From an uncultured Gemmatimonadales bacterium (GTDB taxonomy: Bacteria > Gemmatimonadota > Gemmatimonadetes > Gemmatimonadales > Gemmatimonadaceae), in the NCBI GenBank assembly GCA_963851265.1, contig CAWKNZ010000002.1, forward strand, positions 64,001-128,000: 64,000 nucleotides of DNA, in the 5' to 3' direction. The notes below the pieces were generated by a model. It did not search any database. It had not been told where the DNA came from and saw only the letters and a list, made by a program, of their open reading frames with translations. This document shows, piece after piece, positions 49,253 to 58,773 of this stretch. Numbering within the stretch: the first letter of the stretch is position 1; each line of letters starts with the position of its first letter. The translations under genes were made by a program, and so were the position numbers.

Positions 49253-50053
49253 ATGAGCCATCTTCGCATTCGCACCGCCGCCGAGCGCTTCGCGCCTGCC
49301 GGCGCGATTCTGCGCCGCCGCTACGAGCGTCGGTTTCGCACCGTCGGGGGCGTCGGCGCGCTCTGCGGCGTGTACGACTCGTTCGCCGAGGCGGCTGACG
49401 CCGCGCCGGCTGGGGCGGCACTCGGGTACGACCACGCCGGCGCGGCGGTGCTGTATCGCGACCGACTCGACGAGATCGTGCCCAAGGACTATCCGGCGCT
49501 GTTCTGGTTACGCGACGCGATCGCCGGCGCCGGTTCGGTGTTCGACCTCGGCGGGCACGTCGGGCTCTCGTTCTACGCATTCCGCCGCTACCTGGCGTAT
49601 CCGCCGGGGCTGCGGTGGACCGTGTGCGACGTGCCCGCGGTGGTGGCCGAGGGGGCGAAGCTCGCGAGCGAGCGGGGCGAGGCGGCGCTCGGGTTCACGA
49701 CGGAGCCGGGAGCGATGTCGGGCGCGGACGTGCTGCTCGCCGCCGGGTCGTTGCAGTACATCGAGCGGCCGGTGGACGCCCTGATTGCCGGGCTCGATCG
49801 GCCGCCACGCCACGTGATCATCAACCAGATGCCGACGCACGCGACGCGCGAGTTCGTCACGCTCCAGAACATCGGCGTGGCGTTCTGCCCGTACCGGGTG
49901 GCCCGGGCGGGCGCGGTGCCCGAGGCGTTGGGCCGGCTGGGGTACGAGCTGGTGGACCGGTGGGACGATCCGTCGCGGCGCGTGGCGCTGCCGTACCATC
50001 CCGAGGCGTCACCGGTGTCCTACTCGGGGTTCTACCTGCGGCGGCGGGGCTAA
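49253..50053 (+). CDS. Putative SAM methyltransferase (LIC12133/TIGR04325-like)
   Basis: GVYDSFAEA, GYD, DYPALFWL, VFDLGGHVG, WTVCDVP, GSLQYI, VTLQNIG. Confidence 0.75.
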   Translation: MSHLRIRTAAERFAPAGAILRRRYERRFRTVGGVGALCGVYDSFAEAADAAPAGAALGYDHAGAAVLYRDRLDEIVPKDYPALFWLRDAIAGAGSVFDLGGHVGLSFYAFRRYLAYPPGLRWTVCDVPAVVAEGAKLASERGEAALGFTTEPGAMSGADVLLAAGSLQYIERPVDALIAGLDRPPRHVIINQMPTHATREFVTLQNIGVAFCPYRVARAGAVPEALGRLGYELVDRWDDPSRRVALPYHPEASPVSYSGFYLRRRG

Positions 50054-50091
50054 CGGTTCCGCGTTAGTGGTTGCACGCTAACGTTCGCCCC

Positions 50092-51144
50092 ATGCAGCTG
50101 ACCTTTCGCTGGTTCGGGGCGGGCGACCCGGTGCGCCTGGAGTACATCCGGCAGATCCCGGGAGTGGCGGGGATCGTGAGCGCGTTGCACGACGTGCCGG
50201 TGGGCGAGGCGTGGGCCGCCGGTGCGGTGGCGCGGCTGCGTGACACGGTCGAGGCGGCCGGGCTCCGGCTCGCGGTGGTCGAGAGCATCCCGGTGCACGA
50301 GGACATCAAGCTCGGGCGGCCGACGCGGGACCGACTGATCGACCGGTGGTGCGAGAGTGTCGCGGCGGTGGGGGCGGCCGGGGTGCCGGTGGTGTGCTAC
50401 AACTTCATGCCCGTGTTCGACTGGACGCGGACGGAGCTGGCGCGGCCGGACGCGGACGGATCGACGGCACTCGCGTACGACGACCGGGCGGTGGCGCGGA
50501 TCGACCTGTCGCGCGGGACGGGGGACCTGCCGGGGTGGGGGGCGGCGTACACGGCGGACGAGCTCGCGGCGCTGCTGGCGGCGTACCGCCTCGTGCCGGC
50601 GGAGCGGCTGTGGGAGCACCTCGCGTATTTCCTGGAGCGGGCGGTGCCCGCGGCGGCCGCCGCCGGGGTGCGCCTGGCGATCCACCCGGACGACCCGCCG
50701 TGGCCGATCTTCGGGCTGCCGCGGGTGGTGACGAGCGGCGCGGCGCTGGAGCGGGTGACGCGGCTGGTGGACCACCCCGCGAACGGGGTCACGTTCTGCA
50801 CCGGCTCGTTAGGCGCGAACCCGGCGGACGACCTGCCCGCGGTGGTGCGGCGGCTCGGGGCGCGGGTGCACTTCGCGCACTGCCGGAACGTGGCGGTCGG
50901 CGGCGGGCCCGAACCGGGCGCGCGGGCCTTCCGCGAATGTCCGCACCCGTCGGCGTACGGGCGGGTGGACATGCTGGCCGTGCTGCGGGCGCTGCACGCG
51001 GTGGGGTTCGCCGGCCCGGCGCGCCCCGACCACGGGCGGATGATCTGGGGCGAGTCGGGGCGGCCGGGGTACGGGCTCTACGACCGAGCGTTAGGCGCGG
51101 CGTACCTGAACGGCCTGTGGGAGGCGGTGGCGCGGCCCGCGTAG
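50092..51144 (+). CDS. uxuA: Mannonate dehydratase
   Basis: FRWFG, ESIPVHEDIK, CYNFMPVFDWTRT, IHPDDPP, FCTGSLG, RPDHG, GYGLYDRALG. Confidence 0.95.
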   Translation: MQLTFRWFGAGDPVRLEYIRQIPGVAGIVSALHDVPVGEAWAAGAVARLRDTVEAAGLRLAVVESIPVHEDIKLGRPTRDRLIDRWCESVAAVGAAGVPVVCYNFMPVFDWTRTELARPDADGSTALAYDDRAVARIDLSRGTGDLPGWGAAYTADELAALLAAYRLVPAERLWEHLAYFLERAVPAAAAAGVRLAIHPDDPPWPIFGLPRVVTSGAALERVTRLVDHPANGVTFCTGSLGANPADDLPAVVRRLGARVHFAHCRNVAVGGGPEPGARAFRECPHPSAYGRVDMLAVLRALHAVGFAGPARPDHGRMIWGESGRPGYGLYDRALGAAYLNGLWEAVARPA

Positions 51145-51161
51145 GCGGGCCGCGCCACCGC
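51124..51161. terminator. 17-bp perfect hairpin between convergent genes
   Basis: gcggtggcgcggcccgc-gtag-gcgggccgcgccaccgc; the uxuA stop sits in the loop. Confidence 0.55.
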
Positions 51162-51169
51162 GTGCCGGG

Positions 51170-51991
51170 TCAGGCGCGGCGGCGCCGGCGTGCGGCGGCC
51201 CCGGCGCCGAGGAGCCCGGCGGCGACGAGCGCGACGGACGTCGGCTCGGGGGTGACGGTCGCGGCGGGCTCGAGGACGTCGAGGACGTCGAGGTTGCTCC
51301 TGCCGAATCGTCCGGCGAGCTGCGGGCCGGTCGTGAAGGTGCCGGTGAAGTTCAGCCCCTGCAGACCCTGCTGCTCGAGCGTGTACAGCACTGCCTGGAA
51401 TGGCAGGCCGACGAACGTCGAGGCGATGGTTCCGAAGAAGGGAGACGAGACGCCGCCCGGGCCGGAGACGGTGCCGAAGAGGTCGAACCCCGCGGTCGAG
51501 TTGACTGACCCGTCCGGATTGGACGAGAGGTTCTTGACGTAGAATGGCGAGACGCCCGCGTTGATCTGGGGCTGGCCCTGGACCGACTGATACGGGGTGC
51601 AGGTCGCGCCGACGGTCATCGTCATCGTCGTGTCGTAGCACGCGTCCTGGCCGTAGCGCCCGGACGGCAGGCCGAGGAGGGTGAACTTGTAAGCGCCGTA
51701 CTGGACGAAGTTCGGGATGAACTCCGGGCCGTTGCCGACGCGGACGTCGGAGATCTTGTTCGGCCGGACGTTGCCGGCGGTGTTGAACGACGCGAACGTG
51801 CCGGTGTTGCCCGACGGGGACGCGACGACCTGCTTGGTGAAGTCGAGCATGACGCCGCCGAGCCCGATGTCGGTCGCGTCGGCGGTGCCGGTGAAGGTGA
51901 ACGTGCTGCCCGGGGCGATCTGCGCCGCGGCGGCAGCGGCGGACGTGGCGAGCGCGGCCAACGCCGCGCCCAAGACGAACGAACTACGCAT
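51170..51991 (-). CDS. PEP-CTERM sorting domain protein
   Basis: Signal peptide; C-terminal TPEPTSVALVAAGLLGAGAAARRRRRA. Confidence 0.9.
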   Translation of the reverse strand: MRSSFVLGAALAALATSAAAAAAQIAPGSTFTFTGTADATDIGLGGVMLDFTKQVVASPSGNTGTFASFNTAGNVRPNKISDVRVGNGPEFIPNFVQYGAYKFTLLGLPSGRYGQDACYDTTMTMTVGATCTPYQSVQGQPQINAGVSPFYVKNLSSNPDGSVNSTAGFDLFGTVSGPGGVSSPFFGTIASTFVGLPFQAVLYTLEQQGLQGLNFTGTFTTGPQLAGRFGRSNLDVLDVLEPAATVTPEPTSVALVAAGLLGAGAAARRRRRA

Positions 51992-52117
51992 GCTGATGGG
52001 TGTCGCGCGGGAACCGCCGGGGCAACGCCTAACGCGCTCCGCGGCTGCGCCCGGGCGCGCGCGAACGACCGGGTCGTAGCAGGGTAGCCGCGCGCCCCCC
52101 GGTGCGCCAGCGATACC

Positions 52118-52147
52118 GCCTAACGTAGCGCGCGCGCTACGTTAGGC
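52118..52147. repeat. Perfect 30-bp palindrome made of two inverted GCCTAACG octamers
   Basis: gcctaacgtagcgcgcgcgctacgttaggc equals its own reverse complement. Confidence 0.9.
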
Positions 52148-52207
52148 TCGGGGCGCCACGGCCGATTCCGCGTCGTGCATGACGCCTCCGTCACCCGCCG
52201 CGCGGGC

Positions 52208-54319
52208 TCAGCCGCGCAGCTCGGGGCGGTCGCGGAAATGGTCGAGCGCCTCGGGGTTGGCGAGCGCGCCGACGTTCCGGACCTGACGGCCGTGTATGGC
52301 GTCGCGCGCCGCGATCTCGCTCAACTTGCCGTTGCGCGTGCGCGGCAGGTCGGGGACGGCGAGGATCACGCGCGGCACGTGGTGCGCCGTGAGCCGCTCG
52401 CGGATGCGCGCGCGGACCGCGTCGCCTAACGCGCGCGTCATCGCGGTGCCGTCGGCGAGGCGGACGAAGAGCACGAGCCGCGACGTGCGCCCCGCGCCCG
52501 CGCCGAGCTGCTGCTCGACCGCGAGCGCCTCGACGACGCCCGGCACCTGCTCGGCCTGGCGGTACAGCTCCGCCGTGCCGATCCGCACCCCGCCGGGGTT
52601 GAGCGTCGCGTCGCTGCGGCCGTGGATGACGAGGCCGCGCTGCACGGTCCCGTCGGGCAGCGCGTGCGCGGTCGACTCCGCCCAGTCGCCGTGCCGCCAC
52701 ACGCCCGGGATCTGCTCGAAGTAGGCGGCGCGGTAGCGGGCGCCGTCGGGGTCGTTCCAGAACGCGACCGGCATGCTCGGGAACGGGCGCGTGCAGACCA
52801 GCTCGCCGGGCGCGCCGGGCGGAAGCGGGCGTCCGGCGTCGTCGGCCACGCCCACGGCCATGCCGAGCCCGAAGCACTGCAGCTCGCCGCGCCAGACGGG
52901 GAGGGCGGGCGCGCCGAGCGCGAAGCACGACACGATGTCGGTACCGCCGCTGATGCTCGACACGCGAACGCCGGGTTTGATACGTTCGGATACGAAATCG
53001 TAGCTCTCGGGCGCGAGCGGGCTGCCGGTGGAGAGCACGGCCCGGAGCGCGCCGAGCGCGTGCGTCGCACGCGGTTCGGCCCCCGCCTGCTCGAGCAGGG
53101 CGAGGTAGCGCGCGCTGGTCCCGAACACCGCGACGCGTTCGGCGGCCGCCATGTCCCAGAGGACCTCGGGGCCGGGGTGGGTCGGGTGGCCGTCGTAGAG
53201 CACGAGCGTGCACCCGAGGGCGAGGGCGCTCACGCTCCAGTTCCACATCATCCAGCCGAGGGTCGTGTAGTAGAAAAGCCGGTCGCCCGCGCGCAGGTCG
53301 GTGTGCAGGGCGAGCTCCTTCACGTGCTGGAGGAGCGTGCCGCCGGCCGAGTGCACGATGCCCTTGGGGAGTCCCGTCGTCCCCGACGAGTAGAGCACCG
53401 CCAGCGGGTGTGCGAACGGAAGGCGCGCGTAGGCGGGGGGGGCGCCTGCGTGCGGCGCGAGGTACGCGGCCCACGGCGTCGCCCTCCCCCCCGGACCGTC
53501 CGCGAGCGGACCGAGATCGTCGGCGGCCGGACCCCCGCTCGCGGCGGCGCCGCCGACGCCGGCGACGACCACGACGCGGCGCGCAGAGGGAAGGCGCGCG
53601 ACGATCTCGGCGGCGCGCGGCCGGGCGTCATGCCAGCGCCCCGCAAATTCGAACCCACACGTTACGAATAGTACGCTCGGCGCGGTCTGCCCGAAGCGGT
53701 CGACGACGCCGTCGGCGCCGAAGTCGGGCGAGCACGACGACCACACCGCGCCGATGCTCGCCGCGGCGAGCATCGCGACGACGCCCTCACAGGCGTTGGG
53801 CAGGTAGCCCGCGACGCGGTCGCCGGGTGCGACGCCGTCGGCGCGGAGCGCCGCGGCGAGCGCGGCGACGTCGGCGCGGAGTTCGCTCCAGGTGCGGCCG
53901 TCGGCGCGCCCGCGTTCGGTCCACGCGACGAGGGCCGGCGCGTCGTCGGGCACGTCGGGGCGGGGGCGGAGCAGGTTCTCGGCGTAGTTGAGGCGTGCGC
54001 CGACGAACCAGCGCGGGCCGCCGGGGTCGGCGGGCGGGACGATGCGTCCGTCGCCGGCGAGCACGACGTCCCACGCCCGTCCGTCGGGGGTGGTGTCGGC
54101 GACGATGTCGGCGTACGCCCAGAGCGCGGTCCAGAACTCGGCCGGCTCGGCGACGGACCAGGCGTGCAGGCGTTCGTAGTCGCGTGCGTCGAGGGCGGCC
54201 AGCGCGGGGACGCGCGCGCGCACCGCGCGAACGAATGCGGCGAGGTTGGACGCCTGCGCGTCGGCGTCGGTGGGGACCCAGACGGGCGCGGACGGGGCGG
54301 GGACGGCGGGATCGGACAT
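52208..54319 (-). CDS. Acetoacetyl-CoA synthetase
   Basis: LNYAENLL, WSSCSPDFG, YSSGTTGLPK, GWMMWNW, SISGGTD, GRSDATLNPGGVRIG, NPEAL. Confidence 0.92.
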   Translation of the reverse strand: MSDPAVPAPSAPVWVPTDADAQASNLAAFVRAVRARVPALAALDARDYERLHAWSVAEPAEFWTALWAYADIVADTTPDGRAWDVVLAGDGRIVPPADPGGPRWFVGARLNYAENLLRPRPDVPDDAPALVAWTERGRADGRTWSELRADVAALAAALRADGVAPGDRVAGYLPNACEGVVAMLAAASIGAVWSSCSPDFGADGVVDRFGQTAPSVLFVTCGFEFAGRWHDARPRAAEIVARLPSARRVVVVAGVGGAAASGGPAADDLGPLADGPGGRATPWAAYLAPHAGAPPAYARLPFAHPLAVLYSSGTTGLPKGIVHSAGGTLLQHVKELALHTDLRAGDRLFYYTTLGWMMWNWSVSALALGCTLVLYDGHPTHPGPEVLWDMAAAERVAVFGTSARYLALLEQAGAEPRATHALGALRAVLSTGSPLAPESYDFVSERIKPGVRVSSISGGTDIVSCFALGAPALPVWRGELQCFGLGMAVGVADDAGRPLPPGAPGELVCTRPFPSMPVAFWNDPDGARYRAAYFEQIPGVWRHGDWAESTAHALPDGTVQRGLVIHGRSDATLNPGGVRIGTAELYRQAEQVPGVVEALAVEQQLGAGAGRTSRLVLFVRLADGTAMTRALGDAVRARIRERLTAHHVPRVILAVPDLPRTRNGKLSEIAARDAIHGRQVRNVGALANPEALDHFRDRPELRG

Positions 54320-54548
54320 GGACTCGCGGGCGGGCGGGCCGGGGAGGCTGACCCGGCGCCGAGGTGGCGCAATGTACCGCTCGCCTGGTGGAGCGTCGCC
54401 ACCCTGGCGCCCCGATCCTGGATCGCGCGGCCGACGACAGTGCCGACGTGAGGGTGGCGCGATCTTGCTGCGCGTCACACATTGGCGCGGCCGCAGTCGC
54501 AGCGGGCCGGCCACGGACACCCGACCCCTTGAGGGCCGATGACCGACT

Positions 54549-54587
54549 TGATGCCCGTGGGTGATGCCCATGGGTGATGCCCATGGG
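54549..54587. repeat. Three tandem 13-bp repeats in a divergent intergenic region
   Basis: tgatgcccgtggg tgatgcccatggg tgatgcccatggg. Confidence 0.85.
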
Positions 54588-54709
54588 CGGGTGGGACGGG
54601 GCGCGCGGGATTCGCCGGCGCGTGCGCCGCGGCGTCGCACACGGCAGCTCGACGTGGTGATGCCGACCCGGCGAGAACAGCAGCCGGCCCACGCCTCATC
54701 CGACCGTCC

Positions 54710-57055
54710 ATGACGACGCCCATCGCCCGCGAGACCCCGGCCGCCCTCGACACGTTCCTGCGCGACTACCGCGCGGTGCTGGCGCGCGTTGGGCGGCTCG
54801 GCACGCGTGCCGGGCTCACGGCGGCGGCGGCGGTCCGGGCGCTCGCGGGGGCGCCGTTCACGTTACCGGATGCGTTGCGGCAGGCCGGGCCCGATGGGCC
54901 CAGCGTCGGTGGCGCGCTGGAGGCGCTCGCGGCGCGGCGCGCCACGCTCGGCGCGGCACCGTGGGAGGTCGAGCGGGCGGTCATTGAAGCCCTTGCAGCC
55001 GAGTTCGCGTCGGCGTCTGCCGTGCCGCCCGCCGCACCGCTTGCGGAGCTGTCCGCCGCGCAGCCTGGGGTGCGATCGGACGAGTTGTTCGAGCCGCCGC
55101 ACCCACCGCCGCCTGCGATCCGCCGGCAGACCCGGTCGGTCGAGCCGCCGCCGCGGCCCCTCTCGGACGGATTGGCGGGGGCGGCCGCGGACGGCGGTGC
55201 GTGGATGGACGTCTTCGATAGCTTCGGCGCCGGCGACGAGCTTGCGGCGGAACCCGTTCCGGCGCGCGGACCGGGGTTGCTCGGGGACGACGCCGCGCCG
55301 CCCGCGCCCGTCCCGCCGCCGCCCCCTGCGGCGGTCCCCGGGGCTGCGCCGGCGCCGAGCGTGGCCGCGGACGCGCCGTCACGGTGGTTCAACGCCGAGT
55401 TCGAGGACCAGCCGGCGGACGCGCCGTTTCGCGTGGGCACCTCCTACGCGCTCGCCTTCGGCGTGGGCACCGCGCGGACGACCGCGTTAGGCGGTAGCGC
55501 GCCCGTGGTCGAGGCCGTGCTCTTTCCGGACGGCGTCGACGAGTTGGAACTGACCGTCGAACTCGCGAGCGACGACTTCCGGATCCCTCAGCCGACGCGC
55601 CCGCTGCGTCTGCCGCGCGCGGGCGCGTCGCGTGGAAAGGCGCGCTTCGACGTCGAGCCGCTGCACGACGGCCCGTGCGCCCTCGTCGCGACGGTGCACA
55701 ACCACGGCAATTTCGTGCAGCGGATCGAGCTCACCGTCACGGCGGTCGGCGCGGCGGCCGTCGCCCCCGCCGCGCCCCTGGCGCCCGCCGCAGCGGTCAC
55801 CGTCGCCGCGGTCGGACGCGCCGCGGGCTCGAGCGCGGCGCTCAGGCCGCGGAACGTGAGCCTCACGCTCACCCCCACCGCCGACGGCTACGACTGTATC
55901 GTCGTCGGCGCGGTGTCGGCGCGCGCGCGGCTGCGCGTCACCCCGGTGCTGCTGGCCGCGGCGGTCGAGGCGGCGCGGCAGGCGATGACGCGGGTCGTGA
56001 TGCTGCGGGACGACGCGGGGCGGAACGTCTTCCAGGACGGCATCGACATCCCCGTCGCGCAGAGCGAGGTGGCGGACCGCATCCTCGCCCGCGCCGGGGC
56101 GCGGCTGTTCCAGCAGCTGTTCGAGGGCCCGGGGGCCGGCCCCGACTCGCTCGGCGTCGCCGACTACCTGCGGCGTCAGACGCGCGACCCGGCCGTGCGC
56201 CTCACGCTGCAGGTGGTGGCGGAGGGTGCGCCGGTGCCGTGGGCGATGCTCTACGTCGGCGACGCGCCCGACGAGGCCGCCGGCGCGCTGCCGGCGCCCG
56301 ACCGGACGTGCTTCCTCGGGCTGCGCCACGTGATCGAGCAGATCCCGCTGCAGAACACGCTCGCGGTGGCCGACGCCTCGATCGCGAGCGACCGGCCGGG
56401 GCTCGCGGTCAGCGTCAACGTGAACAGCGGCATCGACGCGCAGTTTGGCGTGTCGGTGGTGGCCGACCAGCAGCGGTTCTGGAGCACCACGGCCGCGGCG
56501 TGCGCGCAGCTCCGGCTCACGTCACGCAGCACGCGCGACCAGCTCATGCGAGCGCTCGCGAACGCGGGCACGGACGATCAGATCCTGTACTTCTACGGCC
56601 ACGCGCAGAGCACGGGCGTGGGAGCCGCGGGCGGGCCCGACGCGTCGGCGCTCGTGCTGAGCGACGCGCGCGTGACGCTCGGCGATCTCTACCTCGACGC
56701 GCCGACACGGGTGCCGCTCGCCGGCAGCCCGCTCGTCTTTCTCAACGCCTGCGAATCGGCGGAGCTGTCGCCGACGTTTTACGACGGATTCGTGCCCTAC
56801 TTCATGGCGAAGGGGGCGCGGGGCGTGATCGGCACCGAGTGCCGCACGCCGGCGCTGTTCGCGGCCGAGTGGGCGCGGCGCTTCTTCGAGCGCTTCCTGG
56901 CCGGGGAATCGGTGGGCGATGCGGTCCTCGCGCTCCGCCAGGAGTTCCGCGAGCGGCACGGCAACCCGCTCGGCCTGCTGTACGCGGTGCACTGCGACAG
57001 TGATACCCAGGTCGCGCCCGCGCTCCCCGTGCCGGCGCCGCCTGGCGCAGCCTAA
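54710..57055 (+). CDS. CHAT (caspase-like) domain protein
   Basis: C-terminal ILYFYGHA and VFLNACES His/Cys dyad, GARGVIGTE, NPLGLLY; Pro-rich linker and beta-rich middle domain. Confidence 0.82.
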   Translation: MTTPIARETPAALDTFLRDYRAVLARVGRLGTRAGLTAAAAVRALAGAPFTLPDALRQAGPDGPSVGGALEALAARRATLGAAPWEVERAVIEALAAEFASASAVPPAAPLAELSAAQPGVRSDELFEPPHPPPPAIRRQTRSVEPPPRPLSDGLAGAAADGGAWMDVFDSFGAGDELAAEPVPARGPGLLGDDAAPPAPVPPPPPAAVPGAAPAPSVAADAPSRWFNAEFEDQPADAPFRVGTSYALAFGVGTARTTALGGSAPVVEAVLFPDGVDELELTVELASDDFRIPQPTRPLRLPRAGASRGKARFDVEPLHDGPCALVATVHNHGNFVQRIELTVTAVGAAAVAPAAPLAPAAAVTVAAVGRAAGSSAALRPRNVSLTLTPTADGYDCIVVGAVSARARLRVTPVLLAAAVEAARQAMTRVVMLRDDAGRNVFQDGIDIPVAQSEVADRILARAGARLFQQLFEGPGAGPDSLGVADYLRRQTRDPAVRLTLQVVAEGAPVPWAMLYVGDAPDEAAGALPAPDRTCFLGLRHVIEQIPLQNTLAVADASIASDRPGLAVSVNVNSGIDAQFGVSVVADQQRFWSTTAAACAQLRLTSRSTRDQLMRALANAGTDDQILYFYGHAQSTGVGAAGGPDASALVLSDARVTLGDLYLDAPTRVPLAGSPLVFLNACESAELSPTFYDGFVPYFMAKGARGVIGTECRTPALFAAEWARRFFERFLAGESVGDAVLALRQEFRERHGNPLGLLYAVHCDSDTQVAPALPVPAPPGAA

Positions 57056-57080
57056 CGCCACCCTCTCTGCGAGCGCTCCC

Positions 57081-58469
57081 GTGCCCCTTCGCACCGTGCC
57101 CGGCACCGACGCCGAGTACTTCCTCGTCTGCTACGACGCCGACGGCGTCGAGCGCCCCGAGCCCGACGGGTCGCGGCTGAGCGACGCCGTGCGCGCGCGG
57201 GTCGCGGCGGGTGGCGTGACCGACGTGTTCTTCACGAGCCACGGGTGGAAGGGCGACGTTCCGGGCGCGATCGCGCAGTATGACGCGTGGGTGGGGGCGA
57301 CGGTCGCGCTCGAGGCCGATCGCGCGCGCGCGCGGCAGCGCCGCCCGGGGTTTTCCGCGCTCGTCGTCGGCGTGCACTGGCCGAGTTTGCCGTGGGGGGA
57401 CGAGACACCGGACGCGTCGGGCTCACCGGGCCTGTTATCGGCGGATGCGGCGGGCGTTCGGGGCGGGGAAACAGTGGACGCGTACGCGGAGCGCATTGCC
57501 GACACGCCGGCAGCGCGCGCTGCGTTGGCGGCGATCTTCGCCGCGGCCGACCGCGGGGTCGGCCCAGCGCCGGACGGCTCGCTGCCGGCCGACGTGCGCG
57601 CGGCGTACGGGACGCTGTTCGCCGAGTCGGGCCTGGGGACCGCGGGGCGGGACGTGGGGGGCGGCGCGCCGCCGGGCGCCGACCAGGACGCGTTCGACCC
57701 CGAGGCGATGATCCGCGAGTTGCAGGCGGCGCCGCCGATGGCAGCCACCGGCGCGCCGATGCTGCTCGGGGATGGTTTCTTCGATCGCCTGCGTGACCTG
57801 TTGCTGACGCCGGTGCGCCAGCTCTCGTTCTGGAAGATGAAGGACCGGGCGCACGTGGTGGGCGAGTCGGGGGCGCACGCGTTGCTCGCCGCGCTCGAGC
57901 GGGCGGCGCCGGCGTCGACGCGCTTCCACCTGATGGGGCACAGCTTCGGGTGCATCGTCGTGACCGCGGCCGTGGCGGGTCCGCCGGGCGGGCCGGGGCT
58001 GCCGCGACCGGTCCACTCGCTCTTCCTCGTGCAGGGGGCGCTGTCGCTCTGGGCCTACACGCCCGACGTACCGTACGCGCCCGGGACGCCGGGGTACTTC
58101 GCGCGGATCGTGGCCGAGGGGCTGGTCGCGGGACCCATCGTGACGACGCGCTCGACGTTCGACACGGCGGTCGGCCGCTTCTACCCGTTAGGCGCGCGGG
58201 CGCGGGGGGACGTGGTCCTCGCCGACGACCTGCCCAAGTACGGCGGCGTCGGCGCGTTCGGCATCCGCGGGCTGGACGGGGTGGCCGAGGACCTGCCGAT
58301 GCAGGGGGCGGCGTACCCGTACGCATTCGGCGCGGGGCGGATCTACAACCTCGAGGCGAGTGGGGTGATCCGGGCGATGGACGGGCTGTCGGGGGCGCAC
58401 AGCGACATCGCGCACCCGGAGGTGGCGCACGCGTTCTGGGCGGGGGTGTTGGCGGACGAGGGAGGGTGA
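57081..58469 (+). CDS. Alpha/beta hydrolase
   Basis: FTSHGW, GVHWPS, SFWKMKDRA, HLMGHSFG, LVQGA, GAHSDI. Confidence 0.8.
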   Translation: MPLRTVPGTDAEYFLVCYDADGVERPEPDGSRLSDAVRARVAAGGVTDVFFTSHGWKGDVPGAIAQYDAWVGATVALEADRARARQRRPGFSALVVGVHWPSLPWGDETPDASGSPGLLSADAAGVRGGETVDAYAERIADTPAARAALAAIFAAADRGVGPAPDGSLPADVRAAYGTLFAESGLGTAGRDVGGGAPPGADQDAFDPEAMIRELQAAPPMAATGAPMLLGDGFFDRLRDLLLTPVRQLSFWKMKDRAHVVGESGAHALLAALERAAPASTRFHLMGHSFGCIVVTAAVAGPPGGPGLPRPVHSLFLVQGALSLWAYTPDVPYAPGTPGYFARIVAEGLVAGPIVTTRSTFDTAVGRFYPLGARARGDVVLADDLPKYGGVGAFGIRGLDGVAEDLPMQGAAYPYAFGAGRIYNLEASGVIRAMDGLSGAHSDIAHPEVAHAFWAGVLADEGG

Positions 58470-58591
58470 ACGTCGGCCGCGGGCGGCGCGGGCCGGTCGG
58501 CAACGACGGCCATTTCGGACGAGCGGTCGGGGCTCGGGGTGCACGCTGCGGGCGCCCGGTGGGCGCCCGGCGGGCGCCCGTGACTGCGCCG

Positions 58592-58731
58592 CGGTGGACC
58601 GCCTTCCTGCGCCCGCGAACCGGCAGGAGGACGGTGGTGCGCCAGGCGGTCGCGAGCGCCGGCTGCGCCGAGGGGAGGTCGGGATCGAGCGGGTCGTGGA
58701 GGATCAGCGCGGGAGTTGCGAGCGCGTCGGC
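58592..58731 (-). pseudogene. Possible remnant of an alpha/beta hydrolase C-terminus
   Basis: ADALATPALILHDPLDPDLP..ALATAW..VLLPVRG resembles P(A/V)LxxHDxxD..LAxAW; no start or N-terminal part. Confidence 0.3.
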
Positions 58732-58773
58732 AGCGGATGCCGGTTTGGTGCCCAGGGCTGGTCGCCGGTACGC

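Noticed and set aside
50092..51144. uxuA as part of the EPS system
   Set aside because: Ordinary hexuronate catabolic enzyme; only proximity links it
54549..54587. Repeats as a CRISPR array
   Set aside because: Units are 13 bp, contiguous, with no spacers and no cas genes
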